The notes under the pieces: generated by a model
The model's database searches: none
Seen by the model: the letters and a program-made list of their open reading frames with translations, nothing else
Told to the model about the DNA's origin: nothing
In this document: positions 1 through 10,051 of the stretch, piece by piece
Layout: each line of letters begins with the position of its first letter
Numbering within the stretch: the first letter of the stretch is position 1
Position numbers and translations under genes: made by a program
Assembly: GCA_964655125.1 (NCBI GenBank)
Contig: CAZZLT010000021.1
Coordinates: forward strand, 8,078-72,077
Direction of reading: 5' to 3'
DNA from: an uncultured Desulfurococcaceae archaeon
GTDB lineage: Archaea; Thermoproteota; Thermoprotei_A; Sulfolobales; NBVN01
Length of the DNA: 64,000 bases

Positions 1-522
1 TAACCCTAACACTACATCCCCCTCCCTAGCCTTATTAACTACGTCGAAGTCCTTAACAGCTAGTACAGTACATACGACGTCTAAACCATGTATTAAGTCT
101 GGTAGGATAGCTGTCTCACCACCTAACAACACTAACTTATTAGTTAAGGCTGCATCGATTATACCATCTATAACCTCCTCATAAACACCCTCATCAGGTC
201 TACTCATAGCTACGTAATCAACTAGAGCTACTGGTCTACCACCATCACATACAACATCATTTACATTAATCACTACTGAATCCCAACCTAAAACTCTATA
301 ACTACCTAACTTACTAGCAACTAACGCTTTAGTCCCAACACCATCCACGTGGAGGATTAATTTAATCCCGTTAACGTTGATCCATGTTGAATATCCTCCA
401 AGACCTCCGTAACCAACCCCTAAACACTCATTAACTCTACGTATCTTATCTAACACCTTCCTATGCAACCCACTAAGTACTGTTAAGTCAACACCAGCTT
501 TAGAGTATGTCCAACTACTCAT
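1..522 (-). CDS. purM: phosphoribosylformylglycinamidine cyclo-ligase (AIR synthetase), N-terminal part; the 3' end lies beyond the window start
   Basis: Absent from the ORF track because it runs off the window. Minus-strand translation from ATG at 520-522 gives MSSWTYSKAGVDLTVLSGLHRKV...LHVDGVGTKALVA...LLGGETAILPD, a PurM N-terminal pattern. It ends the pur gene string. Confidence 0.8.
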   Translation of the reverse strand, partial: MSSWTYSKAGVDLTVLSGLHRKVLDKIRRVNECLGVGYGGLGGYSTWINVNGIKLILHVDGVGTKALVASKLGSYRVLGWDSVVINVNDVVCDGGRPVALVDYVAMSRPDEGVYEEVIDGIIDAALTNKLVLLGGETAILPDLIHGLDVVCTVLAVKDFDVVNKAREGDVVLGL

Positions 523-532
523 GAGTACTACC

Positions 533-1762
533 TCAAGAAATTACTAACTTATTTAAGACCTCCCTAAGCTTACCTCTAGCCTCATCAACACCCCTACCCC
601 TAGCTAGTAGGACTGCCATACGTCTCCCACGGTACGTGTATGGCTTCCCGAAAATCCGTATATCAACACCCTCAACACTTAATACCTCATGCACCCCATA
701 GTACTTAGGCCCCCAAACACCGTCTAAGTCAGTATATACTGCGTAACTAGCACCAGCAGATATTAAATTAACCTTAGGTATTGGGAGTCTTAAAGCAGCT
801 CTTAAATGTATAGCGAACTCACTTAAGTCTTGAGTAACTAATGTGACGAATCCAGTGTCGTGAGGTCTTGGAGCTACCTCACTAACTAGTAACCTACCAT
901 CCTTAGTTAAGAATAACTCAACACCGTAGATTCCGTAACCTCCTAAAGCCTCAACAATCTTGATGGCATACTCCCTACACTTCCTAAGTATTCCTTCATC
1001 CCTAACTGATGGTTGCCAAGACTCTATATAGTGGAAATAACCGTACCTCCAATGTTCTACAGGTTCTAAAGTACTTATGACTACCTCATTACTAGGTGTT
1101 ACGTACCTGTAGGTTAAGACTGTAAACTCTGTTAGTAAGTCAACGAATTCCTCAACTATAACCCTCCTACTCAACCCCCTACCACTAGCTACAGCATACC
1201 TATAAACATTCCTTAACTCCCCCTCACTTAACGAACTCCTTAGAACTGTATGGCCGTGACCACTACTACTCATCTCAGGCTTCACTATACATGGGTAGCC
1301 AACGGCTTCACAAGCGTTAATCAACTCATCCTCACTACCCACTACTACATACTTAGTTGTCGGTAGTTCAAGCCTCTTAGACAGGAACTCCCTTAACTCA
1401 ACCCTATTCATACATACCCTAACAGCTTCAGCGTTAGGTGTTATGAAGTAACCCTCAGATTCTAACTCCTTAAGAGCTCCAGTATCTACAGCCTCAACCT
1501 CAGGAATAACTACGTCAGGTCTCTCCCTATACACAACCTCCTTAACAGCCCTACCGTCTAACATGTTGATAACGTATTTCCTATGAGCTAAGTGCATTGC
1601 AGGTGCGTTATCATACCTATCAACAGCTACTACCTCAAGACCTAACTTATGTGCCTCAAGAACTAACTCCTTACCTAACTCACCACTACCTAAGAGTAAA
1701 ACCTTAGTTGCTGTACTACTTAATGGAGTCCCGATAAACTCCCTAACATCAACTGTAGTCAT
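533..1762 (-). CDS. purT: formate-dependent phosphoribosylglycinamide formyltransferase (GAR transformylase 2)
   Basis: KVLLLGSGELGKE and AVDRYDNAPAMHLAH match the PurT N-terminal pattern. ATP-grasp layout; 14-nt overlap with purD. Confidence 0.9.
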   Translation of the reverse strand: MTTVDVREFIGTPLSSTATKVLLLGSGELGKELVLEAHKLGLEVVAVDRYDNAPAMHLAHRKYVINMLDGRAVKEVVYRERPDVVIPEVEAVDTGALKELESEGYFITPNAEAVRVCMNRVELREFLSKRLELPTTKYVVVGSEDELINACEAVGYPCIVKPEMSSSGHGHTVLRSSLSEGELRNVYRYAVASGRGLSRRVIVEEFVDLLTEFTVLTYRYVTPSNEVVISTLEPVEHWRYGYFHYIESWQPSVRDEGILRKCREYAIKIVEALGGYGIYGVELFLTKDGRLLVSEVAPRPHDTGFVTLVTQDLSEFAIHLRAALRLPIPKVNLISAGASYAVYTDLDGVWGPKYYGVHEVLSVEGVDIRIFGKPYTYRGRRMAVLLARGRGVDEARGKLREVLNKLVIS

Positions 1763-3227
1763 AAGTTATGACACCCTTACCAGGTATCCAATCAACCTTA
1801 ACTGTTGAGAGTCCCTTACCCCTCCTGTAAGTATATGCATTCCTAACTACATCAGCGGTCATAACCCTCCTCATAGTTAACTCCTTAGAACCTATATCCC
1901 TACGGTAGAACGTATCCCAACCATCCACACACCTAACGAACCCCACACACTTATTAACCCTCCTACTAACCTCCTCAAAATCATCACCAGCACATACTAA
2001 CTCAACAATCCTTGAACCAGTAGTGTACATAGAACCATTGATGAGTTCAACACCTGCGTAAAGTACTTCACAACCGTAACTCTTGATGGACTCCTCATCA
2101 ACTACTACTGGATGACCTCTAGCAACCTTCCTGTTATTCGGGTACCCACGAGGGCATACAGCCTTAACAACTGATAGTAGATCCTCACGTACCTTAAGCT
2201 TAACACTAGCTAACCTACCAGATACAGCTCTATCTATAACCTCAAGCAAGTCAGTATCTAAAGTGTAGATGTAGTTGGATACCTCAGGATCTCCAAACCT
2301 ACTGTAGAACTCTATAACTGTAGGTCCTAGTAATGAAGTTAACATCATCTGACCAGATAAAACACCTACATACCTCTCCCCAACAACTTCCTGAAGTACC
2401 TTAAGTACCCTCTCAACAATATCAACACTCTCTCTAAACTCATCCTCATTAATGAATGGTAGGAGGTATCCAGGACCTTGAATACTTCCCATACCACCAG
2501 TCTCAGGACCTAAATCCATATCAAACGCGTGTGGGTGGTCTTGAACTAAGGGTAGCGGTAGTAATGTGTAGCCGTCAGTAATACACATAAGTGTGTATTC
2601 AATACCTTCAACCCTCTCCTCAACTAATAACTTATAATCTATATCTACGTAGTGACTCATAACATCACTAACTAACTTCCTCGTATAGTCAACACGTACT
2701 CTAGACTTAACATCACTTAGATATGCTTGTGAGTCAGCAATAACTTTAACACCCTTACCACCAGCTTGTCTAGCTGGTTTAATCACTACATCACCAGCAT
2801 TACTTACATACTCTAAAGCTTGGGAAACATCAGTGAATGCCTTATAAGCTAACCTACCCGGAATCCTATACCTCCACATAAGCTCCCTCATAAATACCTT
2901 ACTCTTCTCAATCTCAGCTAACTTACTAGAAGCTCCGAAGACTGCATAACCACTGTCTCTCAACTCATCACTAACACCATGGAATTGAGGTTCTTCAGGA
3001 CCTATAACAACTATATCAGGGGATAACCCATCAACTCTACCCCTAACCTCCTTACGGTCTAGGATGTCACATGTGATTAACCTACCCCCACTACGTTCTA
3101 CGACCTTCTTAAGACCTGGGTTAACGTATGAGGATATAGAGTATATCTTAGGCTCTAACAAACTCCTACTCAACATTAAAGCTATAGCGTTCTCCCTACC
3201 ACCATCACCTACAATTACCACCTTCAA
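1749..3227 (-). CDS. purD: phosphoribosylamine-glycine ligase
   Basis: MKVVIVGDGGRENA N-terminus and an ATP-grasp core (ARQAGGKGVKV). About 60 aa longer at the C-terminus than typical bacterial PurD. Confidence 0.88.
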   Translation of the reverse strand: MKVVIVGDGGRENAIALMLSRSLLEPKIYSISSYVNPGLKKVVERSGGRLITCDILDRKEVRGRVDGLSPDIVVIGPEEPQFHGVSDELRDSGYAVFGASSKLAEIEKSKVFMRELMWRYRIPGRLAYKAFTDVSQALEYVSNAGDVVIKPARQAGGKGVKVIADSQAYLSDVKSRVRVDYTRKLVSDVMSHYVDIDYKLLVEERVEGIEYTLMCITDGYTLLPLPLVQDHPHAFDMDLGPETGGMGSIQGPGYLLPFINEDEFRESVDIVERVLKVLQEVVGERYVGVLSGQMMLTSLLGPTVIEFYSRFGDPEVSNYIYTLDTDLLEVIDRAVSGRLASVKLKVREDLLSVVKAVCPRGYPNNRKVARGHPVVVDEESIKSYGCEVLYAGVELINGSMYTTGSRIVELVCAGDDFEEVSRRVNKCVGFVRCVDGWDTFYRRDIGSKELTMRRVMTADVVRNAYTYRRGKGLSTVKVDWIPGKGVITYDYS

Positions 3228-4525
3228 CTACAACCACCCCTAACTAAACACCCGCCTAAGAAACAACCAGTACATAAGTTCATCCCGTAATTACTGAATA
3301 CTTTAGAGACTTCATCCACTGATAACCAAGTTATTGAATCTGCCTCAACATACTTAACAGCTAACTCATCACTTAAGTTAGCAGCTAGTAACTCATCCTT
3401 AGGAGGTATTTCCTTACCGTAGGGACAGTTATTGATGAGTTTAGGACTACCTATAACTACGTGGACTTCCTTAACACCGAATTTATTCCTAAGTATCTGG
3501 ATAATACTCTTAACTGTTAAACCCCTAACTAAACTATCATCAACTATAGCGACCCTCCTACCGCTGAACACGTACTTAACAGGGTTTAACTTTAGTTGAA
3601 CCCCTATCAACCTCTCTAGAGGGTCCCCCTTAATCGCTGTCCTAACCTTAACACCAGTTGTTATGAAACCATACTCTAAATCCCTACCTAACACCTTAGC
3701 AAAGCCTAGAGCGTAAGGTATGGCTGTCTCAGGAACACCTACAACTACGTCAACATCGTACTTAAACCTCCTACCTAACTCCTCACCTAATGACTTCCTA
3801 ATAGAGTATACGTCAATACCGTCAAGTATTGAGTCATGCCTAGCCATGTATATGTACTCAAACGCACATATAGCGTGGTTAACAACTCCATCAGTAGGTA
3901 CTTCACCAACAGTAACTAAATCCGGGGATAGGTATACATACTTACCAGGGCTTACAGCACTTCTTAACTCACCACCTAAGATATTAATAGGTACTGACTC
4001 AGTAGCGATTAATGTGAGGTCAAAGCCGTACCCACCTAGATGTAGCGGTGTTAACCCAGGTACTGACCTATACGTTATGACCTCAGACTTATTAGTTATG
4101 AGTAGTAGTGAGTAAACACCTCTAACACCCTTAATGACCTCTACAAACGCCTCCACTAACTTATAGCCTAGGTTAACTAACTTAACAATCTTCCTACCGA
4201 TATCAAGTACTGAACAATCCACATAACCATCCACTAGTAGTGAGAGTTCGTAACCGTTATCACTTAAGTAGGTATACTTCCCTTCATAACGATCACCTTG
4301 ACTATAAACACCTCCAACACCTACGTACCCCTCAAGCAAGTTCAGTGAATCCTTATTAAGTAGTAAGTGTGTGATATCACCTCCAACACTCTTTAAACTC
4401 CTACCATTACTTAACACTACTACGTAGTTATCACCTCTATTATGAGATGCTAGTAAGCCGTAATACACGAACTTACTAACACTCCATAACTCATCAAACG
4501 CTACTACACCTACTAAACCACCCAT
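3224..4525 (-). CDS. amidophosphoribosyltransferase paralog lacking the N-terminal Cys nucleophile
   Basis: Collinear with the neighbouring purF. PRTase loop VAIVDDSLVRGLT is present, but the N-terminus is MGGLVGVV, with Gly where Cys1 is expected. Confidence 0.75.
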   Translation of the reverse strand: MGGLVGVVAFDELWSVSKFVYYGLLASHNRGDNYVVVLSNGRSLKSVGGDITHLLLNKDSLNLLEGYVGVGGVYSQGDRYEGKYTYLSDNGYELSLLVDGYVDCSVLDIGRKIVKLVNLGYKLVEAFVEVIKGVRGVYSLLLITNKSEVITYRSVPGLTPLHLGGYGFDLTLIATESVPINILGGELRSAVSPGKYVYLSPDLVTVGEVPTDGVVNHAICAFEYIYMARHDSILDGIDVYSIRKSLGEELGRRFKYDVDVVVGVPETAIPYALGFAKVLGRDLEYGFITTGVKVRTAIKGDPLERLIGVQLKLNPVKYVFSGRRVAIVDDSLVRGLTVKSIIQILRNKFGVKEVHVVIGSPKLINNCPYGKEIPPKDELLAANLSDELAVKYVEADSITWLSVDEVSKVFSNYGMNLCTGCFLGGCLVRGGCS

Positions 4526-4528
4526 AAC

Positions 4529-5905
4529 TCACCACCTTGAAAAAACCTTCTCAAGAACTTCAACGTTAATATCCTTAAACGGGTAAACACCTACGTAGCA
4601 GGCTAGACATAACGACGGTATCTTCACAGCCCATCGTAGACCCTCAACAGTATTGTACATCAGGCTATCAGCACCTAAGTACTTAGTTATACTGCTTACT
4701 CCATCATATCTAGACGCTATTAACTCCCTCCTAGTTGGGAAGTCAACACCCATAAAGCATGGGTACTTAACAGGTGGGCTAGCTACCCTAACATGTACTT
4801 CTTTAGCACCCCTACATTTAAGAATCCTGACAATCCTCCCCATAGTAGTACCTCTAATTAACGAATCATCTACTACAGCAACCCTCCTACCGTAGACTAC
4901 AGACTTGATAACACCGTACTTAACATCTGATATGAAGTCACGTACGTCTGGAGTAGTTATGAAGCTCCTACCGGCATATCTATTCCTGATCAAACCCTCA
5001 TCAAATAATACCTTACGTACGATACTATAGCCTAAAGCAGCACTCCTACCGCTATCAGGTACTGGAATTACTACATCAACATCTACGTTATCCATACCCC
5101 CAACATACATCCCCATCCTCACTCTAGCCTCATGGACTTGAACACCGTTGAATACTGAGTCAGGTCTGGAGAAGTAAACGTATTCGAAGACACATGGACT
5201 GAAAACACCTCTAACACCACTATCGATAACTTCTAAAGACTTACCGTCAAATGAGACTATAGTTCCAGGCCCTACCTCACTCCAAGAATCAAGTCCTAAC
5301 ACCTCAAGAGCTGAAGATTCCGATGCAACTGCTAATACATCACCGCTGAATGAATATATTAGGGGTTTAAACCCCCAAGGATCTCTAGCTATGACTAACC
5401 TAGGTTCAGGGGTTAATACAACTAAACTATAACTACCCCTAACTAACGACGCTACACTCTTAACAGCTTCAACAACATCACCTAACTCACCGTAGAATTT
5501 AAGGACTAACCTAGCCAGTACTTCAGAATCACTAGGTATGTAAGAATTTAGGAATTCCTTAGATACCTCACAGTAGTTTATTATATTCCCGTTAAAAGCT
5601 AATGAAATACTCCTACCATTACTACTCAACGTTATTGGTTGAGCCCCAACACCACCCCCAGGCTCACCAGTTGTTGAGTACCTAACATGCCCTATAGCTA
5701 CTTGAGAATCTAATTTACTGACTTCATTAGGACTTATAGCTGTTAGGACGTAACCAGACCTAACTATAGTCTCTATAGAATTCTTAGAAAGTATTGATAG
5801 ACCTGCTGATTCCTGACCTCTGTGCTGTAACTCCACTAATAACTTGTAAGTGTTTAGAGGTGCGTTAGGACCGTAATAAGCTGCAATACCGCACATAGCC
5901 ATCAA
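4529..5905 (-). CDS. purF: amidophosphoribosyltransferase
   Basis: MMAMCGIAAYYG contains the Ntn-amidotransferase MCGI start (the true start may be the ATG at 5896). PRTase loop VAVVDDSLIRGTT; C-terminal Cys residues. Confidence 0.9.
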   Translation of the reverse strand: MMAMCGIAAYYGPNAPLNTYKLLVELQHRGQESAGLSILSKNSIETIVRSGYVLTAISPNEVSKLDSQVAIGHVRYSTTGEPGGGVGAQPITLSSNGRSISLAFNGNIINYCEVSKEFLNSYIPSDSEVLARLVLKFYGELGDVVEAVKSVASLVRGSYSLVVLTPEPRLVIARDPWGFKPLIYSFSGDVLAVASESSALEVLGLDSWSEVGPGTIVSFDGKSLEVIDSGVRGVFSPCVFEYVYFSRPDSVFNGVQVHEARVRMGMYVGGMDNVDVDVVIPVPDSGRSAALGYSIVRKVLFDEGLIRNRYAGRSFITTPDVRDFISDVKYGVIKSVVYGRRVAVVDDSLIRGTTMGRIVRILKCRGAKEVHVRVASPPVKYPCFMGVDFPTRRELIASRYDGVSSITKYLGADSLMYNTVEGLRWAVKIPSLCLACYVGVYPFKDINVEVLEKVFSRW

Positions 5906-8115
5906 CTCATTAACTCATTAAGTGAGTTCTCATACGCATTAACTAGCTCATCAACCTTAAGCCTAGTAAGTATACGTCCATCATAATTAATAACTAACTC
6001 ATCACCTACTACCCTACCGATAACACCGACCTCAACACCGTACCTCCTAGCTAAGTCAACTACAACCTCCAAGTCATTACTACTAACCTCAACTAAGTAC
6101 CTAGCCTGAGTCTCAGAGAATAGTAATTCCTCATACCTACTACAACCTCTGGTAGGAACCTTACTTAAGTCTAAGATAACACCTTTCAGACCCTTAACAC
6201 ACATCTCAGCTATAGCTACTGCAACACCACCTACATCAACGTCATGTACCGCTCTAGCATACCCTAAACTTACTAACTTATTAATGAATTCAGCATTACG
6301 TAACTCACTTGAAGGTCTTGGGAGTGGTACCTCACCTAATTCAAGACCTGTATGTATGTGTAGGAATTCAGTAGCACCTATCTCAGGGTATGTAGTACCT
6401 ACGATTAAGATTAAGTCTTCATACTCCTTCAAATCCAACGTAACAGCATTCCTAACATCAGCTATAGTACCAACACCAACTATAGTAGTTACAGGTTTTA
6501 CCGGGGAGTTCATGCTTAAGTCCTCATTATAGAAACTCACCTTACCCCCAACAACAGGTAGTTTAAGTTCTTGAGCTATCCATGAAATACCCTTAACCAT
6601 CTCAGTGAAGTACCAGTAATGGTCGGGTTTCTCAGGATTACCTACATTAACCTCATCAACTATAGCTATAGGTTTAGACCCGACACTCACTAAATTCCTA
6701 TAACATTCCGCAACAGCGTTGGCAGCACCTCTAAACGGGTTTATATACGTGTACCTAGGATTACCATCACCTTTAACAGCTATCCCTAAACCATCACCGA
6801 CTTCAACTAATCTTAAAACTGCTGCATCACCGTATCCGGGCTTAACAACAGTTCTAATACCTACTTCGTAATCATACTGACTGTAAATCCATTCCTTAGA
6901 CGCTATGTTAGGTGAGCTTAACATCTTAAGTATAAGTTTACTTAAGTCCTTAACCTCAGGGATATCAGTAATCCTAACCTCAACATTAAGTTCGTTAAAG
7001 TGTTTAGGAACTACCGCATCCCTTAACCTAATACGTGGTTTAGCTAATGCCTTAGCAGGTACCTCAGCTACTAAATCACCTTTATAGTAAACCTTAATAA
7101 CCCCACTCTTATCTAGACTCCCTACAACGCTATACTGGAGCCCGTACCTCTCCAAGAACTCCTGTACTACTTTAAAGTCCTCCTTACTAACTACTAATAA
7201 CATCCTCTCCTGACTTTCAGAAACTAGTATTTCCTCAGGGCTTAAGTCATGTTCCCTAAGGTGTAGGTCATCTAATACTATAGTAGCTCCTAAGCCGTAA
7301 TCAGCTGTTAACTCAGATACAGCTGTAGCTAAGCCACCACCACCTAAATCCTTAATATACTTAACCACACCTAAGTCAGTGATATCGACTATGAAGTCTA
7401 TGATTAACTTCTCAATTAGTGGGTTACCTACCTGAACAGCTGATACGTTACTTAGGTAGTCCTCAGAACTATCTAGTGGTTTAGATGCGAATGAACTACC
7501 TAGTAAACCATCCCTACCGGTGGTATTACCTATAATTACTATTAGGTCATCAGCTTCAGGTACCTTATTAACTAACTTACTAATCTCGATAACACCTACA
7601 CATGCGACATTAACTAACGGGTACCTACTGTAGGTCTTATCAAACCAAGTCATCCCAGAAACCACAGGAACTCCTATCCTATTCCCATAATCGCTTATCC
7701 CTCTAACTACGTTCTTAACTAACCAATTAGCGTAGGGGTCTGTAGGATCACCTAAGAATAACATATCCAGTAAAGCTATTGGTCTAGCACCTAATGTCAG
7801 GATATCCCTTACAATACCCCCTACACCAGTTGCAGCACCGTTGTAGGGGTCTACAGCTGATGGGTGGTTATGACTCTCTATCTTAAACACTACTGCGTAG
7901 TTATTGAATACCCTAACAGCTGGTGCATCCCTACCAGGACCTATTATTACGTCCTCACCACTACTCGGTAATAACCTTAAGTAGTACCTACTACTCTTAT
8001 ATGAGCAGTGCTCACTCCACTGAGCTTCAAACATATTCAATTCTGCCTTAGTAGGCTCCCTACCTAAAATCCTGTGAATCTCAACTAACTCATCATTACT
8101 TAAAGGCATTACCAA
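5902..8115 (-). CDS. purL: phosphoribosylformylglycinamidine synthase II
   Basis: 737 aa with a duplicated AIRS-like fold and motifs SEHCSYKS and ESHNHPS. 4-nt overlap with purF and 7-nt overlap with purQ. Confidence 0.92.
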   Translation of the reverse strand: MVMPLSNDELVEIHRILGREPTKAELNMFEAQWSEHCSYKSSRYYLRLLPSSGEDVIIGPGRDAPAVRVFNNYAVVFKIESHNHPSAVDPYNGAATGVGGIVRDILTLGARPIALLDMLFLGDPTDPYANWLVKNVVRGISDYGNRIGVPVVSGMTWFDKTYSRYPLVNVACVGVIEISKLVNKVPEADDLIVIIGNTTGRDGLLGSSFASKPLDSSEDYLSNVSAVQVGNPLIEKLIIDFIVDITDLGVVKYIKDLGGGGLATAVSELTADYGLGATIVLDDLHLREHDLSPEEILVSESQERMLLVVSKEDFKVVQEFLERYGLQYSVVGSLDKSGVIKVYYKGDLVAEVPAKALAKPRIRLRDAVVPKHFNELNVEVRITDIPEVKDLSKLILKMLSSPNIASKEWIYSQYDYEVGIRTVVKPGYGDAAVLRLVEVGDGLGIAVKGDGNPRYTYINPFRGAANAVAECYRNLVSVGSKPIAIVDEVNVGNPEKPDHYWYFTEMVKGISWIAQELKLPVVGGKVSFYNEDLSMNSPVKPVTTIVGVGTIADVRNAVTLDLKEYEDLILIVGTTYPEIGATEFLHIHTGLELGEVPLPRPSSELRNAEFINKLVSLGYARAVHDVDVGGVAVAIAEMCVKGLKGVILDLSKVPTRGCSRYEELLFSETQARYLVEVSSNDLEVVVDLARRYGVEVGVIGRVVGDELVINYDGRILTRLKVDELVNAYENSLNELMS

Positions 8116-8768
8116 CCAACCCTTAAACTCTCACCTATACTAAGCCATATGTATAGACCACCACATGAACGACCTCTAGGGATTAACTCAGACTCTGCAG
8201 CCCTCTCCGGGTGAGGCATTAAACCTAAAACAACACCATCATCTGAAGCTATACCTGCTATATCGTAAGCACTACCGTTAGGATTACCTACATACTTGAT
8301 TAAAGGCCTTCCAGAGATTACAGCCTCACTCTCTATATAGTAACGTCCTTCCCCATGAGCTATAGGCATATCAGTGATTAAACCGTTAGGTACTAACTTA
8401 AGCCAAGGACCTCTAGGGTTATCAAACCTAACTCTAACCCACCTACATATAAACCTACATGAGTTATTCTGAAGTAGTGTACCTGGTAGTACCTCAGCCT
8501 CAGTAAGTATTTGAAAACCGTTACATATACCTAGGACTGGTAATCCGTTACATATACCTTCACGAATCTCATCCAAGACTTTACTTCTAGCAGCTATAGC
8601 TCCAGCTCTAAGCCAATCACCGTAACTAAAACCTCCAGGTATTACAACAGCATCACAGAGACCTACCCTGAAATCCGTAAACCATACTGAAGATGCCTCT
8701 AACTTAGACACCTTACGTAAAACCCATACAACATCTAAGTCACAGTTAGTTCCGGGAAACTTAATCAC
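8109..8768 (-). CDS. purQ: phosphoribosylformylglycinamidine synthase I (glutaminase subunit)
   Basis: FPGTNCD N-terminus, nucleophile elbow GICNGFQ, C-terminal MPHPER. Confidence 0.9.
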   Translation of the reverse strand: MIKFPGTNCDLDVVWVLRKVSKLEASSVWFTDFRVGLCDAVVIPGGFSYGDWLRAGAIAARSKVLDEIREGICNGLPVLGICNGFQILTEAEVLPGTLLQNNSCRFICRWVRVRFDNPRGPWLKLVPNGLITDMPIAHGEGRYYIESEAVISGRPLIKYVGNPNGSAYDIAGIASDDGVVLGLMPHPERAAESELIPRGRSCGGLYIWLSIGESLRVGW

Positions 8769-8775
8769 TACAACT

Positions 8776-9027
8776 CTAGGCAGATAACCTCACCTTAATA
8801 TCGTGAACAACTGGGTTGTAGATTCTTAACTTATGACATATATCCTTAACGTAGTTTAATGCCTCCTCAGGTGTTTGAGAATAAACTAAGAACTCTAGGT
8901 ATTTCCCAGACCTCACATCCTTAACGTTAGTATACCCCCTCCTACCTATTAATTCCTTATGAATAGTCTCTCCTTCAGGGTCCCTAACACCCCTCTTATT
9001 AGTTATTACGACCTCAACTACGTACAT
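8776..9027 (-). CDS. purS: FGAM synthase PurS subunit
   Basis: 83 aa, sits between purC and purQ. GVRDPEG motif is typical of PurS. Confidence 0.85.
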   Translation of the reverse strand: MYVVEVVITNKRGVRDPEGETIHKELIGRRGYTNVKDVRSGKYLEFLVYSQTPEEALNYVKDICHKLRIYNPVVHDIKVRLSA

Positions 9028-9750
9028 CTAAAAACCCACGTTAATACCTAATCTACGGGCAAGTGTTGAGTAAGCTAAGATTAAATCCTCAACACTACCA
9101 CCCTTCCTAAAAACCTCCTTATCTAGGTGTCTCCCATCAACATCAATAACTCTGATAGTATCACCACTAATTTCATCAGCAACTAATAACCTACCATCAA
9201 CATCTCTCCCGAACTCTAACTTAAAGTCAACTAAAGTTAAACCATACTTAATCAACTCACTACTTAAAACCTCATTAACACGTAATGATACCTCATTAAC
9301 TATATTAAGTTCCTCCTCACTCATTAAACCAGTATTAACTATATCTTCAGGAAGTATTAGAGGGTCATGTAATTCATCATTCTTATAATGGTATTCAACA
9401 ATAGGTTTACCCAACTTAGAAAGTGGTTTATATAATGGTAATCTCTTAATTAAACTGCCGTAAGCGTAATTACGTACTATAACTTCTACAGGAACCATCC
9501 TAAGCCTCCTAACAGTAAGTACCCTCCCACCATCATAACCTATGAAGTGAGTATTAACACCTCTAAACTCAAGAAGTCTAAAGAAGAAAGCACTTAAAGC
9601 AGCATTCAAAACACCCTTGCCAGGAGCTTGAGAAACCTTAACACCATCTAAAGCTGTAACAACATCTTTAAACTCCATCAACAACGTGTTTTCATCTTTA
9701 ACATAAACACGTTTAGCTTTCCCCTCATACAATAACTGACCACTAAACAT
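9028..9750 (-). CDS. purC: SAICAR synthetase
   Basis: LLYEGKAKRVY N-terminus and LVDFKLEFG are typical of PurC. First gene of the minus-strand pur operon. Confidence 0.9.
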   Translation of the reverse strand: MFSGQLLYEGKAKRVYVKDENTLLMEFKDVVTALDGVKVSQAPGKGVLNAALSAFFFRLLEFRGVNTHFIGYDGGRVLTVRRLRMVPVEVIVRNYAYGSLIKRLPLYKPLSKLGKPIVEYHYKNDELHDPLILPEDIVNTGLMSEEELNIVNEVSLRVNEVLSSELIKYGLTLVDFKLEFGRDVDGRLLVADEISGDTIRVIDVDGRHLDKEVFRKGGSVEDLILAYSTLARRLGINVGF

Positions 9751-10051
9751 TTAAATCACAAGTTTACTTAGTTAAGATATATTTATAAATTTAACTTTAA
9801 TTCAACCATAGTGTATGTTAACATAACTATGTATAAAGGTTTTAATAATTAAATTTTAACATAATCATGTTAACTTAGCATTCCTCACGAGTTATAAGTA
9901 AAATTCATTATATTAGATACTTACAACACTGGTTTATCGAGGAAATACTTAGTTCGTAGAGACCTTACTCTTAATTATTACTGAGGTCTGATACAGAGTA
10001 AGTATTAGTTAGGTGTTAGTAGAAATTATTAGATGTTAACAGGTTACATTA

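Noticed and set aside
3720-4115. 131-aa plus-strand ORF inside the purF paralog. Similar shadow ORFs are at 4653..4895, 6284..6532, 6905..7087, 20136..20384, 47892..48101, 48565..48771, 53227..53454, 54148..54405, 55164..55445, 56623..56889, 57780..57989 and 61499..61738.
   Set aside because: Each lies fully antisense to a well-supported conserved gene. They have low-complexity S/T/P/L-rich translations and no upstream promoter or SD. Their existence is explained by the G-poor antisense composition.
9963-10008. Overlapping inverted repeats (AGACCT/AGGTCT and CTTACTCT/AGAGTAAG) that could form mutually exclusive hairpins, like a riboswitch, in the pur upstream region.
   Set aside because: They lie about 180 nt upstream of the TTTATAAAT box that best fits the purC promoter. 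They are therefore probably not in the pur leader, and more likely belong to the 3' end of the convergently ending FAD-dehydrogenase transcript.
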